Assembly (NCBI RefSeq): GCF_004010195.1
Contig: NC_057751.1
Span: 8,028,137-8,092,136, forward strand
Source: Chiloscyllium plagiosum
Lineage: Eukaryota
Direction of reading: 5' to 3'
Length of the DNA stretch: 64,000 bases
The notes beneath the pieces are model-generated. The model was given only the letters and a program-made list of their open reading frames with translations. It did not search any database and was not told the origin of the DNA. Below are positions 40,154-52,933 of this stretch, one piece after another (the first letter of the stretch is position 1; every line of letters starts with the position of its first letter). Position numbers and translations under genes: made by a program.

Positions 40154-40261
40154 TTCCCAGGGCTCGCATAAGCTCCATCTTTCCCCTTGTAATCAAAAAC
40201 TCTTAAATTCAACTTGGCGTTCCTTTGATTCTCATCGCTTTCAGTGTTACCACTTTTCAAC
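40154..40261 (-). CDS. Coding exon h (LKSGNTESDENQRNAKLNLRVFDYKGKDGAYASPG-K), phase 2 to 2
   Basis: Acceptor gcctgttcccaaatag|, donor GAA|gtatgt; completes the TG|G Trp codon from exon g. Confidence 0.78.
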
Positions 40262-40327
40262 CTATTTGGGAACAGGCCAGTCAGCCTCCTCAGGCCTGTT
40301 CTGTCATTCAATATGATCTGTATTAAG

Positions 40328-40724
40328 TGGGCAGTACGGTGGTTTAGTGGTTAGCACTGTTGCCTCACAGTGCCAGGGATGTGCTCCAATTCCACCCTCA
40401 AGTGACTGCCTGTGTGAAGCTTTCACATTTTCCCCGTGTCTGGGTGGGTTCCCTCCCAGGTGCTGCAGTTTTCTCCCACAGTCCAAAGCTGTGCAGGTTA
40501 GGATGGACCGGCCATGCTAAATTGTCCCATGGTGCCTAGGGATGTGCAGATTAGGTAGATTGGCTGTGGGAAATTGTCCCATGGCATCTAGGGATTGGCT
40601 ACAGGAAATGCAGGGTTGTGGGGTTGGGAGGTGGGTGGTGGGTCTGGGTGGGATGCTCTTTTGATTTTTGCCTTCTCGGTGTAGACCCGATGGGTCGAAT
40701 GGCCTGCTTCCACTGATTCTGTGA
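40328..40724 (+). mobile_element. HE1-type SINE
   Basis: Head, body with internal tandem units, and tail. Confidence 0.9.
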
Positions 40725-41587
40725 AATCCTTGCACTTGAGTGTGCACTCCTTCACCCCCCCCACCCCACCAGTCAGACTTCCTCTCTCTCCCTCTCTGAC
40801 AAACAAAAAAAAAATCCATCATATGGCTGTCAAAGTGAACAGCTTATCGAGCATCAATTGTCATTTGCCAACCTGACAGCCTCAAACCCCTCTCAGACTT
40901 TGTGCAAATAAGTGTTTCTTAATTTCACTCCTGAAAGGCACAGCCGTTCCCAGACAACTGTGAGAAAGAATCAATTTGAAGCCATCGCAGTGAGGTTCAA
41001 TTCAGCAGAGTGGAGATGGAGTGGTGATCTCTCTAGCCCTGTTCAATTCGACCTTGAGTCCACTGCCCACGTCCTTGAACACAGATAGTCAATTGCTTTC
41101 TCACTCCAGATGCTGTTAACTGTAACATGTACCTTGCCGGAGCAAGTCAAAAAAAAATCAAAAGCTAAAAATCAATAGCCCTTCAAAATAAAGTGCATTA
41201 AAGGCACGTCAACATAGCAAACAATTCAAAGCCAGGTCACCCACAGGCCCCTCACTCCTCCTTTGTGGATTAATAAGCAAACAAAGACAGAAGATATGGC
41301 TGGACCTTTTCCAAGCCAGGGCACTGACATCGATTTTAAGCAATGAAATAGCCATTAGGATGTGAGGCAAGAGATAACAAGAGTTATTTCCGGTCACCAT
41401 GCTTTGAACTTCGCTGCTCGCCTGTCCATTTCAGGGATGACCAGGAAATGGCTCAATAGGTCAGCTCTTCCGTCAAGGCAAACCGAACTGTCAACTCAGA
41501 ACAGACGGGGGCAGGATGCACAAAAAACGTAAGGCAGCTTGCACTCTGACTTGTCAGAAACCACTTGCTCTTTTAATGCATCTTTAC

Positions 41588-41687
41588 CACGCCTCGAGTG
41601 TTTTGCTGAGATAAGTGCCTTCAAACTGCAATGCCGAGAGGGGATTAGCTTCTTTGGATGAACTGTCACCGTCGATCCACAGAACCT
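41588..41687 (-). CDS. Coding exon g (VLWIDGDSSSKEANPLSALQFEGTYLSKTLEA-W), phase 1 to 2
   Basis: Acceptor ctttttcttctggcaatcag|, donor GTG|gtaaag; an in-frame stop follows immediately in the intron. Confidence 0.78.
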
Positions 41688-42459
41688 CTGATTGCCAGAA
41701 GAAAAAGTCGGACCAAGCTGCTCCTTCGCACCTCAGACACTCCTGTGTGTAAGTTTGTGTTCTCAAACCATCGACAAATCAGGAGGCTTTCCTGCATCAC
41801 CAGAACCTACAACTCTGAGTGTCCACTCTAGAACATTGAGCGCATTTTACACAACGGAAAATCCAAATCCCTGTCAAGGAACATGTCCCCTCGATCAATA
41901 TTTCAGGATCAATGTTCTTGGAATTCAGAAGAATTCAAGACAGCGTGAGAAGGCAAAAATCAAATTCTACAGAGGAAAGCAAAATCCTCCAGATGCTGGG
42001 CAGCTGAAGCAAACACACTTAAATAATGCAACACAGATAAACCCTCTGGAATTTGTTGCAAAAACGGAGCAAGTTGGAGAAACCCAGCAGGTATTTTGGT
42101 TGTCTCTCCACAGAGGCTGCCAGACCTGCTGAGTTTCTCCAGCATCCTCTACCTTTGCATCAGATTCCAGGGGTTCATCTGCGTTGCACCAAACGCAATC
42201 ACTCCTGCCTCGCTTGCGACACCACCTTGTAAGTGGCCATTCTGCTGCAAATATTGTCGATCAGCTTTCACCTTCATTGAGGGTGGCACTGTCTTTAACT
42301 GCCTGGGTCGGAGCTCTCAAATCACAACCCTAAACCTCTCAACCCCTCCCTCCTTTTCTGAGAGCCTCTTGACATCCTAACTTTTGGACCACGTTTTTGT
42401 TCACCACTGTTGCTATTTGTTGCGGTCCAAGTTTGATAGTACACACTGTTGGACAATCT

Positions 42460-42830
42460 CCAAGACGCACTGCGGGAATTCACCAAAGATCCTCAGACAG
42501 CATCTTCCAAACCCAAGACCACTTCCATCTAGAAGGACAAGGGCAGAACACCACCACCCTTAAGTTCCCCTCCATGCCACTCACTATCCTGACTTGCAAA
42601 TATATCACTGTTCTTCCACCATTGCTGTTCAAAATCCAGGAAGTCTCTCCATAATTCGGTGAATTCCCGCAGTGCGTCTTGGAGATTGTCCAACAGTGTG
42701 TACTATCAACCCACAGCAGGTGGACTGCAGCGGTTCAAGAAGGCAGCTCATCACAAGCTTCTCAAGGGCAATTCGGGTTGGTCAATAAATGCTGGCCCAG
42801 CCAGCGTTGCTCACATGCCACAAAATAATC
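42460..42830 (+). mobile_element. LINE 3' fragment (L2/CR1 group) sharing its tail with the second SINE family; related pieces at 17410-17880, 36700-37260 and 15860-15950 / 17285-17395
   Basis: Shared tail aagggcaa...caataaatgctggcccagccag; 36816 ORF has a LINE-like KLDTIQDKA segment. Confidence 0.65.
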
Positions 42831-43459
42831 AAAAAAAACCCTTCAGATCACCCTGGAACATTGCCAGGGCAAAATGAAGGCTTAACATTTCCTGGGGCAT
42901 CTTTGATGCACACATACTGATCATAACGGTTGATCTCCATTCTGGACCCTCTCAGAGTCCACTCACTTTTCCCCGCTTGAGCCAATGAAGCAACCAAAAG
43001 CAATAAATTCTAGCTCATGCCTTGCCCTCACCCAAGAGTCCTCGACTGCAGTTCCTTTCCACAATTACCCTTCACTGAGAACGATGAACCTGCGCTGGTC
43101 AGCGAAGAGTGGACTACAGCTGAGCTGATACTGAATGGACGGCCGACGCTCACTGCAGAAATTCACTGTAAGGCTGGATATTCAGGGTTGAAACTTTATT
43201 GCTGGAACAGCACAGCAGGTCAGGCAGCATCCCACTGTAAGGCTGGATATTCAGGGGACATGAACCAGAGATCCCACCTCCAAAAAAGCTTCAAGGAGAA
43301 GTCAAATTAAGATAAATGCCCATTTAAAATACAGGGCAAGGTGTGATCCTTAGTACCGATGTGGAATTCTCTGCCACAGAAAGCAGTTGGGGCCCTTTCT
43401 CTTTTCACTTGCCACCACTATAAGAGTTTAAAAACTTGAGGAAGGCACTGCTTTCAACA

Positions 43460-43970
43460 AGACCATACGACACAGGAGCAGAAATTAGACCATTCAGCCC
43501 ATCGAGTCTGCTCCACCACTCAATCATGGCTGATGGGTTTTTCAACCCCATTTTTCTGTTTTCTCCCCATAACCCTTGACCCCCTTTACAATCAAGGACT
43601 TATCTATCTCTGTTTTTAAATATACTCAATAGCCTGGTCTCCACAGCCTTCTGTGACAATGAATTTCACAGATTCACCACTCTCTAGGTGAAGAGTTTCT
43701 CCTCGTCTCCGCTCTGGAGGGTCTTTCCTTCACTCTAAGGTCCCTGACTCTCCTGCCAATGGAATCACCTTCCCAACATCCACTCTGTCCAGGCCATTCA
43801 GTATTCTGTATGTTTCAATTATGTCCCTCCTCATCCTTCTAAACTCCACTCAGTGTAAACCCAGAGTCCTCAATGTTCCTCGTATATTAATCCTTCCGTT
43901 CCTGGGATCCTTCTTGTGAATCTCCTCTGGACCTGCTCCAGGGCCAGTACATCCTTCCTGAGATATAGGG
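43460..43970 (-). mobile_element. CR1 3' fragment (same subfamily tail as 20428)
   Basis: YLRKDVLALEQVQRRFTR; tail matches 20430-20700. Confidence 0.9.
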
Positions 43971-44565
43971 CCCATAAGGGATCAAAGGACACAGGGAGAA
44001 AGCACAAACAGGGGACTGGGTTGAATGATCGACCATGATCATATTGACTGGCGGAACAGACCCGTCGGGCCGAATGATCAACACCTGCCCTTCTTTTCGA
44101 TGTTTCCAATGCCGGGGTATTTGACATGCTTTTGAGACCAGCACTATTCCTGCAAACCCCAGACCACAACAAAACGTGGTCTGCAATCATTTGTACATCG
44201 GCAGACCGAAGGGCGAGATGAGCAGTCAGAACTAACATCCACTATGTCGGGCGCAGTAAAATCTAATACAACGCAAAAACCGATACCTTTGCCTTACGAA
44301 TGAATTATATTTTATTCACAGAGGCATAGGCTTGCCTGTGCTACAAAAAAAAAACCCACTGCAATAAAGTAGATTGACTTGCCTGACCTGAAGCTCTGGC
44401 AATAAAGTAGGGATTAAACATGATTCTGTATGTCATGCAAGCTTAATACATGTCAAATCAGAAAGTAGCAATTGAACCTTTAGTAGGATAACTACACAAG
44501 GTAATGAACTGGCACTGTGCCACAGACACAGAAGAACACGAGAAATCAAGTTTTCAGGATCTTAC

Positions 44566-44615
44566 CAATCAAACCTTGATTCCCATGGCATTCTTCGTTC
44601 CACATTTCAGAATTC
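44566..44615 (-). CDS. Coding exon f (NSEMWNEECHGNQGLI-E), phase 2 to 1
   Basis: Very strong acceptor ttttctctctctccccattag|, donor TTG|gtaaga; only one open frame. Confidence 0.8.
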
Positions 44616-45399
44616 CTAATGGGGAGAGAGAGAAAAAAAATCAGTGGAATTGTCAAAAAAAAAAGTCTCAGACAATTTGTGCTGGGAGATGCGAGAAAAA
44701 GCACAGAAAATGATTTCAAAAATGTGCAGGGTAAAAGGCAAGGGGAGATAGCAAGACAGTGTTTCGGAGATCAGACTTGAACACCCCAATTCAGGAGGTT
44801 TTTATGATACCAGAGAAGCAAGGCGCGCTTGTTGGGTTAAACTGACTGTCAGTTTGAGGTTACCATGAACTTCTTGACCTCTCCTCTCGCCTGGGGCGTG
44901 GTGAACCTCAGGTTAAACTCTCCACCAGTTCTCTCTATATAATGAGAGCACAGCCTGTGGTCCTCTGGGACTATGGTAACATGACCCTTTACCCTGTACG
45001 TGCTGCATCCATTCAGAGAATGCTCCAAGCACATTATAATCACTCCCTGAAGGCCATGCACTTGCTGCTAATAACTAGGAACGTCTGCTTCTTCCTGCGC
45101 CTAATTTTAGTCAGGTGGGGGCAGTCAACTAGATTCGAATCTGCCCTGCACATTAAGATTTATCATGCCTCGCTTGTGTATTTTATTTTATGATTTTATC
45201 CTGATTCACACACGTCTGTTACAAAACAAGGTAAATTAATGTCACGCCAACCTCTTGTGTTTGTTATTATTGCAGCCAGCAGAGGATCAAAGAGGCTTTG
45301 TGTGTTAGAGTTGTGTTCAGTGCCACTGGAAGGAGTTGCAAATTTAGCTTGGAATCTGTAACATCCACCTCAGAGAGTAGTGTCACAAGTTTAATGTCT

Positions 45400-46130
45400 C
45401 TACTTCTTCAGTACGCAAAGGAAATTCAGCACGTCACAAGGACTCTGAGCAATTTTTATAGATACACCATAGAAAGCATCTTGCCTGGATGAATCACAGC
45501 TTCGTATGGCAACTGATCTTTCCACAACTGCAAGAAACTACAGAGTCATGAACACAGCCCAGTCCATCACGCAAACTAGCCATCCATCTATTGACTCCAT
45601 CTATACTTGCCACTGCCTTGGGAAAGTAACCAACATAATCAAAGATCTTTCCCAGGTTGCTTCCAGAAAATATGAAAGTTTATACACATTTACTTCTTAC
45701 CCACTGTTATTAGACATCCGAATGCACTCTCAAATTTTACATTTAATGTTGATCTCCATCTCTGTGCATCTTCTCTGCAGCCATAACATTGTATTCCTCA
45801 CTCTGTTCTATTACCCAAATGCATTTGGTATAGAGATCGTTCTGCTTTTACATGTGATGTGTTAACACAAATTCACTGTAACGCAACTGACGAGTTGAGA
45901 CATTTTATAAATGGCGAACTTTTAAAACGTGTGCTGGCTGTAACTCAATTAAATCAGCAACACTTTCAGCGCTGTTTCTAAAGAGGGACTTTTCTTTAAT
46001 GCGAGTTTCACAAGAATGCAGCCATCGCGTTACAGAAGAACTACCTGTAGCACGATCTGTCTGTACTGTACACAAAACAAGACTTTTCACTGGACCTAGC
46101 TACATATGACAACAATAAATCAATTCAAAT
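45400..46130 (+). mobile_element. Rex1/Babar-like LINE 3' fragment interrupted by a MITE
   Basis: RTLSNFYRYTIESILPG; tail matches 29990-30060. Confidence 0.7.
45828..46050. mobile_element. TcMar/Tigger (MER6-like) MITE; related copy at about 6405-6636
   Basis: CpG-rich insert interrupting a Rex1-like fragment, TA-flanked, with imperfect inverted ends including ctgtaacgc/gcgttacag. Confidence 0.5.
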
Positions 46131-46919
46131 CCAAAGAAAAGAGAGCACAGCCAACAGTGCAGCAGCTCCACTGTCTTGCCAGGAGTTGAATTCACTGCCC
46201 AGCTCTCAGTGACCTGGAGAAGGAATATTCTCAATGCAAGTCGCTCGGTAATTTCAGAGAGCAGTTGAGAGTTGACCACGTGGTTGAAAGTGTGGAGTCA
46301 GGCACAGGCCAGGGAGGCTCGGCTTCTGTCTCTGCTTCGTGAGTCAGCCAGGTTTTTAATGACCTATTTGGTTGGTCAATGGCTACCATTGCTGCCACTA
46401 ACTTGGCATTCCACGGTGATCGACTCCACTGATGCCAGGTGCTTTTCATCCATTCATGGGGCAAGGGGAGCTGCAGAGGACAGATGGGAACCTCCCACAT
46501 CAAAGAATTGGCCTGGTGACGATTGCTACCACCGGCTTAAAATTACAAGTCAACTCAAGCTTCACAATGAGACCATCATTACGTTGAGTAGAATGCTCTT
46601 CAGCAACCTTCCTGACTTCAAGAATTCGCGCCAAGGGGACATGGTGTTGCGCGTTAATGCTATACAAAGGCTCAGGCTGTGGAAATTAGTTCAAATCCCA
46701 TCAGGGCAGCCACTGGAATTTACACGATAATGCTAAAACTTGGAATATAACATGAATAATAACATAAAGTGTAGCAATGGTCATCGATTGCTGGCAAAAC
46801 CCACAGAGTTCATTCACGTCCTTTGGTGAAGGAAACCCATCATCCTTTCCCGGTCTGGCCTACATGCCCACGAGAAACTCTCAAAAGTGGTGCAGGAGAC
46901 ACACTGGTCAACATCACAC

Positions 46920-47250
46920 AGTCATACGGTATAGAAGAGGCACTTTAGCCAATCAAGTCTGTGCCACCAAAAATGGTCCACTACCTACACGTGTTTATTT
47001 CCCGCATTGGGTCCATAGCCTTCAATGTTATACCACCATGAGTGCTCACCCAAGTCCTCCTTAAAGGCTGAGAGATTTCCCACACCAACCACCCTCCCAG
47101 AGACTGCATTCCAGACCCCCAAACCTTCTGCATGAAATAGTCTTTCCTCAAATCCCCTTGGAAACTCTCGCCTGTCACTCGAAAATTATGCCTCCTTGTT
47201 ACTGACCCTTCAATGAAGGGGAACAGCTGTTTCCTCGTCCCTCTGTCCAA
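46920..47250 (-). mobile_element. CR1 3' fragment
   Basis: ORF 46981..47301 is CR1-like. Confidence 0.75.
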
Positions 47251-47666
47251 GTCCCTCATAATAACCCTCCCAGCCTTTGCCTCTCCAGAGAAAGCAGACA
47301 TCTTCTTGACCCCACCAGGGAGCTGCAGGGTTCACCTCCATGTGTTGCATTCCAATTTTTTTTTTAAACTGGTTTTTCTGTGTGAGAAAACTCCAGATCC
47401 ACAGCAGCGTGGTTAATGAGCCCCGGGCCAGATGCTCAGTTCAAGGGTAACTCAGGACAAGAAACAAATGCTGACCTTGCCTGCGGGGGTCCACACCACA
47501 TCAGAGAATGAGGAGTCAAAGCTGAACCTGCTCAGAATCATAACCCAAACTGATGCAGTGACCTGACTCAGTCAGTCCCACCTCCACCTCTCAATTGGAG
47601 CTTGGCCAATCGAGTAAGCCCGCTCTCATCAAACAGATGAAGTACAAAATTTGCCGTGATGCGTAC

Positions 47667-47770
47667 GCAAGACTGTTCAAGCAGCTACACAAATGCAAGT
47701 TCTTCAAACTTCCGTCGGTGTAAAAACAAAATGCTCCCAGATTCAACTCATTCAGAATGTCAACGCTATT
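47667..47770 (-). CDS. Coding exon e (NSVDILNELNLGAFCFYTDGSLKNLHLCSCLNSL-A), phase 0 to 2; acceptor position uncertain
   Basis: Acceptor gctttcacggctcag|, donor TGC|gtacgc; lies inside ORF 47591..47836(-); phase fits d and f. Confidence 0.6.
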
Positions 47771-48016
47771 CTGAGCCGTGAAAGCATCTCTCCAATCACC
47801 TTGACACCATCTCTTTCTCCAAGGAAATGAGCCCAACTGCTGAAACCTTCCTCAGAACAGAATTCCGGGTGTCCGGAATCATTTCTTACACAGTTTACTG
47901 TTCAGCCTGAAGGGCAATGATTGCCTTCCTAAAGGTGAGTTGGGCAGAGACTGTACAAGGTTGAACTTGGTGAATAACCTTCAGTCCTACCCCTTTCATT
48001 GGCCCTGTCACCCTCT

Positions 48017-48345
48017 GTACAGAGGGTTAGATAGGGTGGACAGGGAGAGCCTTTTTCCAAGTATGGGGACGGAAAACACAAGGGGACACAGCTTTAAAGT
48101 GAGGGGAGATAGGTATAAAATAGATGTCAGAGGTAGTTTCTTTACTCAGAGAGTAGTAAGGGTGTGGAATGCTTTGCCTGCAACGGTAGTTGATTCGCCA
48201 AGTTTAAGTGCATTTAAGTCGTCATTGGACAGGCATATGGATGTACATGGAATAGTGTAGGTGGGATGGGCTTCAGATTAGTATGACAGGGCGGCACTAC
48301 ATCGAGGGCCGAAGGGCCTGTACTGCACTATAATGTTCTATGTAC
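48017..48345 (+). mobile_element. Young CR1/HER1 3' fragment
   Basis: Open frame RGLDRVDRESLFP...FFTQRVVRVWNALP up to the stop; tail gggccgaagggcctgt is shared with HE1. Confidence 0.92.
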
Positions 48346-49254
48346 TTTGCATGCTCTCGGAGAGACTTGCAGCTTTGGCAAGGTAAAGCAATGAAAGGTA
48401 CTTGTGACATCAGCAATGAGATACTGTGGCTTGAAGTTTTAACTAAGGCGACAATTTTTATGTTAATTCACTCACGTGATGCTGGTGTTGCTGGCTGCAC
48501 ATCTGGAATATGACTCTTTTTTTTCAAACATGTTGTCCAATAGACACTGGTGCACTGCTCTTGTTGAATCAGAAAGTCTTTGTTGGACTGTTAAATAACC
48601 CAGTGTGATAAATCTGACATGACTACAGTTGCTGATTTCAGAATGTGCACTGCTTGACCACCTATGGTGACACCCATTTCAGGATTGCTGGGATTTTCTT
48701 TGTCAAAACTGTTTCTGCACTGTCCGATCTTAATATACTGGATGCAAATACATCTCCCTGCTTGCCTCCCCTCCCCTGGATTCCACAGCAAGGAGACTAA
48801 GAAAGACACACAATGTGAGAGGCAACAGCTGAGTAGTATAATTGCTCGACTGTTAATCCAGAGACCCAGGGAGGTTCTGGGAACATGGGTTCAAATCCTG
48901 CCACAGCAGGTGGTGGAATTTGATTTCAACAAATATCTGGAATTAAGATTCTCATGACCATGAACCCATTGTCAGTTGTTGGAAAAAAAACCCCCTCAGG
49001 TTCACTGATATCCTTTAGGGAGGGGAAACTGCCACCCTTACCGCGTCTGGAATGCAGGTGTTTCCTGAACCACGGCAACGTGATTGACCCTTTATTGCTC
49101 TCTGGGCAATTAGGGATGGGCAATACATGCTGGGCGAGCCAGTGATGCCAACATCCCATGAATGAATGATTTTAAAAAACACAAGTGGTATCCTGGGTGT
49201 TGCTTATTCTTTCATCCCTTTCAGATATAGCAGGTACAGGGAGATGGCACCTGA

Positions 49255-49715
49255 ATGCAGCACAGCGCATTGAGTATGGGAGTTGGGAGGTCATGTTGCA
49301 GCTGTGCAGGTCCTTGGTCAGGCCAATCTTGGAAGGCTGGATTCAATTCTGGTCTCCCTGACATAGGAAAGATGTTGTTAAACTTGAATGGATTCAGAAT
49401 AGATGTACAAGGATGTTGCCAGAACCAGAGGGCATAGGATTAAAGTGAGAGGAGAAAGATTGAAAAGGGACTTAAGGGGCAACATTTTCACACAGAGTGT
49501 GGTGCATGTATGAAGTGAGCTGCCAGAGGATGGTGGTGGAGGCTGGTACAATTACAACTTTTAAAAGGCATTTGGATGGGTATATGAATAGGAAGGGTTT
49601 TAGAGGGATATGGGCCAAGCGATGGCAAACGGGAGATTTATTTGGAGTATCTGGTCAGCAATGACAAGTTAGACTGAAGGGTCTATTTCCAAGCTGGACA
49701 TCTCTATGGCTCTTT
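49255..49715 (+). mobile_element. CR1 3' fragment with an internal deletion
   Basis: Similar to 28595-29050. Confidence 0.85.
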
Positions 49716-50014
49716 GAATAACTCTCTGAAGTGGAGCCCATTAAAGGGAACCAAATAAGGAAGGTTACAGCAACTACCTCAAAAGAAAAACGAGAGGAAG
49801 CAAAGACTTGAACTGACGGCAACCATCAGAACATCAGTGCACCCTGAAGAACTTTGCTGGTCACCATGGATTCAGCTGCTCAGGTCCTAAGTTCCTAAAT
49901 TTCCAAACCACTCCCAAAACACCATGATCCATCCTCAAGAGATTAACAATGTACATACCATAATTCTATAACTCAATCACAAGACACTACTTCTGGCGAC
50001 GCAGTGGACTGTAC

Positions 50015-50075
50015 CAACCTGGATTCAATCTCATGTTTCTCGAATGGGCCATAAAACAACAATGCTGTGACCACC
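50015..50075 (-). CDS. Coding exon d (VVTALLFYGPFEKHEIESRL), phase 2 to 0
   Basis: Acceptor tgtttgtatctgagtacggtag| (a competing AG lies 8 nt upstream), donor TTG|gtacag; in frame with c and e. Confidence 0.62.
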
Positions 50076-50970
50076 CTACCGTACTCAGATACAAACAGAG
50101 CTAACTGACAACTCAACACGCTGCCGAGTCTCACTCCCAGCTCCAGAAGAGGGTGAACCATTATTAAGCTGCATCATTTCTCTTGGTTCAAACCACAAAG
50201 AGTGAATAACCTTGGTGCACAGTGAGTAATGTTGCGTAGGTGCGAATGTGGCAGGTATTTCAAACCACAGCACAATGCAGCAATGAGCAGGGATGGATGG
50301 CTGGCTGGCTGACTGACTGACTGTGGGTGGCCATGGAGTCAGTCTGCAAAGATACGTGGGCTGGGTGATGGCAAGAACTTGAGTGAATCACACCACAAGG
50401 TATTTAGCAGCCACACAAGCAGCCTCCTAGTAGTGTGGTTTCACAGCTCACTCAGGACCTACTCTCGCAACATCATTGGACCCTCTCAGCAGTGCACCAG
50501 AGCATCACCAAGTTCAATTGCAATAAGGCCCTGTTCCACAATGCCAGCCGAATCAATGTTGTTGTTTCAGAGAACAGCAACAGGCAGCACACAGTTTGCT
50601 AATGGCAAGTCTTCGCTGAAAGGCAGGCCAGAAATTAGTCAGAATCTCCTGCAGAGCAAAGAACATGCAGATTAATACATTCCAAAATTTGGACACATTA
50701 TCAAGGGCAGCTGCAAAGTTCTAATGAACGCTCAAGTGCAATGAGTTGCCCTGACAACAGTCTCCAAGTGAATCTTTCTTTGTCTGAAAAAAATGCCAAT
50801 TTGAGAGGCTGTGGAGACATACCGTATAACCCCTTGCACAGCTTGCTGACTGTCATTTCCTGGGGATCGGGTTTGATGTGGACGAAAGAAACAATGCACA
50901 GCACCAAAACATTACCGTCGCACAAGCTTTTCCATCAGTGGTGAGAGAATTGCAGGTGGATAAACTTCAC

Positions 50971-51022
50971 CACACTCCGGCCTTGACCTTGCACCGGCTA
51001 TTTTTGTGCTGCCAAACAATGA
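50971..51022 (-). CDS. Coding exon c (I-IVWQHKNSRCKVKAGV-W), phase 1 to 2
   Basis: Strong acceptor cccttcccctcttgtacctag|, donor GTG|gtgaag; phase-compatible on both sides. Confidence 0.68.
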
Positions 51023-52415
51023 CTAGGTACAAGAGGGGAAGGGCAAGTGTTCTGGAAGTCAGAGATCCAAGAAGCAAACCCAGAACATGTATGAGATGTT
51101 CAGCAAGCCAGGCAACATGCCCAATTTGGAGAATACAGCAGAGGGGGGACGGCTTTTCGTCAGAACAGGGAAACGTTTGAGAAGTCTTAAATGAGCACAA
51201 AGGCAGGCAGAAAGTACAAGAAGAGAAAGGTGCGGATTAGGGTCCTATGGCAAAAGGGATGGTGGTGCAAGTCCAAAGGCAGGGCAATGATAGTACAAGT
51301 GGAGCACAGGAAGAGCTGTTCATGACACAGATGGGTCATTACAAACATATCTGCACTTGTTTAGTGTTGTGGTTTACTTGCATTAAGTGGTGAAGGATTA
51401 ACCAAGAACAAAAGTCTTCAGCAGAAGAGTCACATACTTGAGAAACACTGAATGGTTGATTCTATAATAAGATAACAGCTTAAACGACTCGTCAACAGTA
51501 ACATGACCTCAAAGACACTGTCACGTTCTTAGAGATAGTAACAAGGTGCATGCCACAGGCTGCAGAACTAATGAACAACAAACAAACAACTCTTGCAAAA
51601 GACAACTGTTTCAACACCATTGGGCAGAGCTGTTCCAAAGCTTCTCTTTTTATTTTCTTTATTCATTCATGGGGTGAGGGTATTGCTGGCTATGCAGCAT
51701 TTATTGCTCATTCCTAATTGCCCAGAGGGCAGTTAAGAGTCAACCACATTGCTGTGGGTCTGAAGTCACAAGTTGGCCAGACCAGATAAGGATGACAGAT
51801 TTTCTTCCCTGAAGGACATCAGTGAACCAGATCGGTTTTTCCAACAATTGGTAATGGATTCAAGGTCATCATTAGATTCTTAATTCCAGACATTTATTGA
51901 ATTCAAATTCCACCATCTGCCGTGGCATAATTTGAGTGCAAGAACCCAGGTCCCCAGAATGTTATCTGGGTCTCTGGATTAACAGGCCAGTAATGATACC
52001 ACTTGCCATCACCTCCGCACAATAACCTGACTTATGCAGCAGAGGGGAGATATTGATCTGAACTGGGTCAGCTCTGATCCAGAAGCTTAAAGGAGCAGAA
52101 GGCGTTCCACACAACAAATAAAGATGCCCAAAAGGTAAGTGGCATTGAAATATATCAATCAGAATTGTGCAGCACGCAATCACAGCCTTGGTCTCATCTT
52201 TACAGAGTCCATCTCATATCATCGCACTGTGGTTGGAAGGAAAAGCAAATTCATGTGGCATTGCATCACTTCCTCCGATGATGCAGAGTATCATGTCAGC
52301 ATGTCACAGTCACCCTTACACTCCATAATCCAGCTGAGGACCTCAATGTGGTTTCAACCAGAGTCTCTCTACTTGGGAATTTATTTGCACAGAAACCCCC
52401 TCGTGGTTGTCTTAC

Positions 52416-52449
52416 TTTTATGATCAAATGGCCGCCTTCTGCTGCTGTT
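52416..52449 (-). CDS. Coding exon b (NSSRRRPFDHK), phase 0 to 1
   Basis: Acceptor ttccattgttcag| with a cctcaat branch-like motif, donor AAA|gtaaga; 34 nt; links exons a and c in frame. Confidence 0.6.
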
Positions 52450-52933
52450 CTGAACAATGGAACTTGATTGAGGTGCCAAACGCTAACCCTTCATCGTGCC
52501 ACTCAGCAGACACCCATTATCATGAAATCTGTTCAACTGCTCATGTGGGGGGGCAAAGTTACCATCCAATGCAAACTGCAGAAGGTCAAAGGATACATTC
52601 TCTGAATAATCAGGAAACACGGGGCAAAACCTGAAGGTCATTCTCCATTGAGTCTGGTACCCAAATATAATGGGAGAGAACAGCTTCATGTCGAACCATT
52701 GATGCCAATACACTGAAGGTGAGCAAGGAATGCAATGCTCCCAGGCGGGTAGTCAACCAGGATGCTTGGAGCATTCCCAGTTGACAGGGAGAGCTCATTG
52801 ATCCTCAGTTAAAGATGCTTGAACATCCTGATCATGGGCTGCCTCTGCAGTATTCCACTCCATGTACACAGAAAGGAAACAATCTTTCTCTTTTCAACCT
52901 TGCTGATTTTGCTTCACATCCAAAGAGAATTAC

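Noticed and set aside
47700..47730. FYTDGS in exon e resembles the first catalytic motif of RNase H
   Set aside because: The following glycine-rich strand and other acidic catalytic motifs are not evident; a single short motif is insufficient
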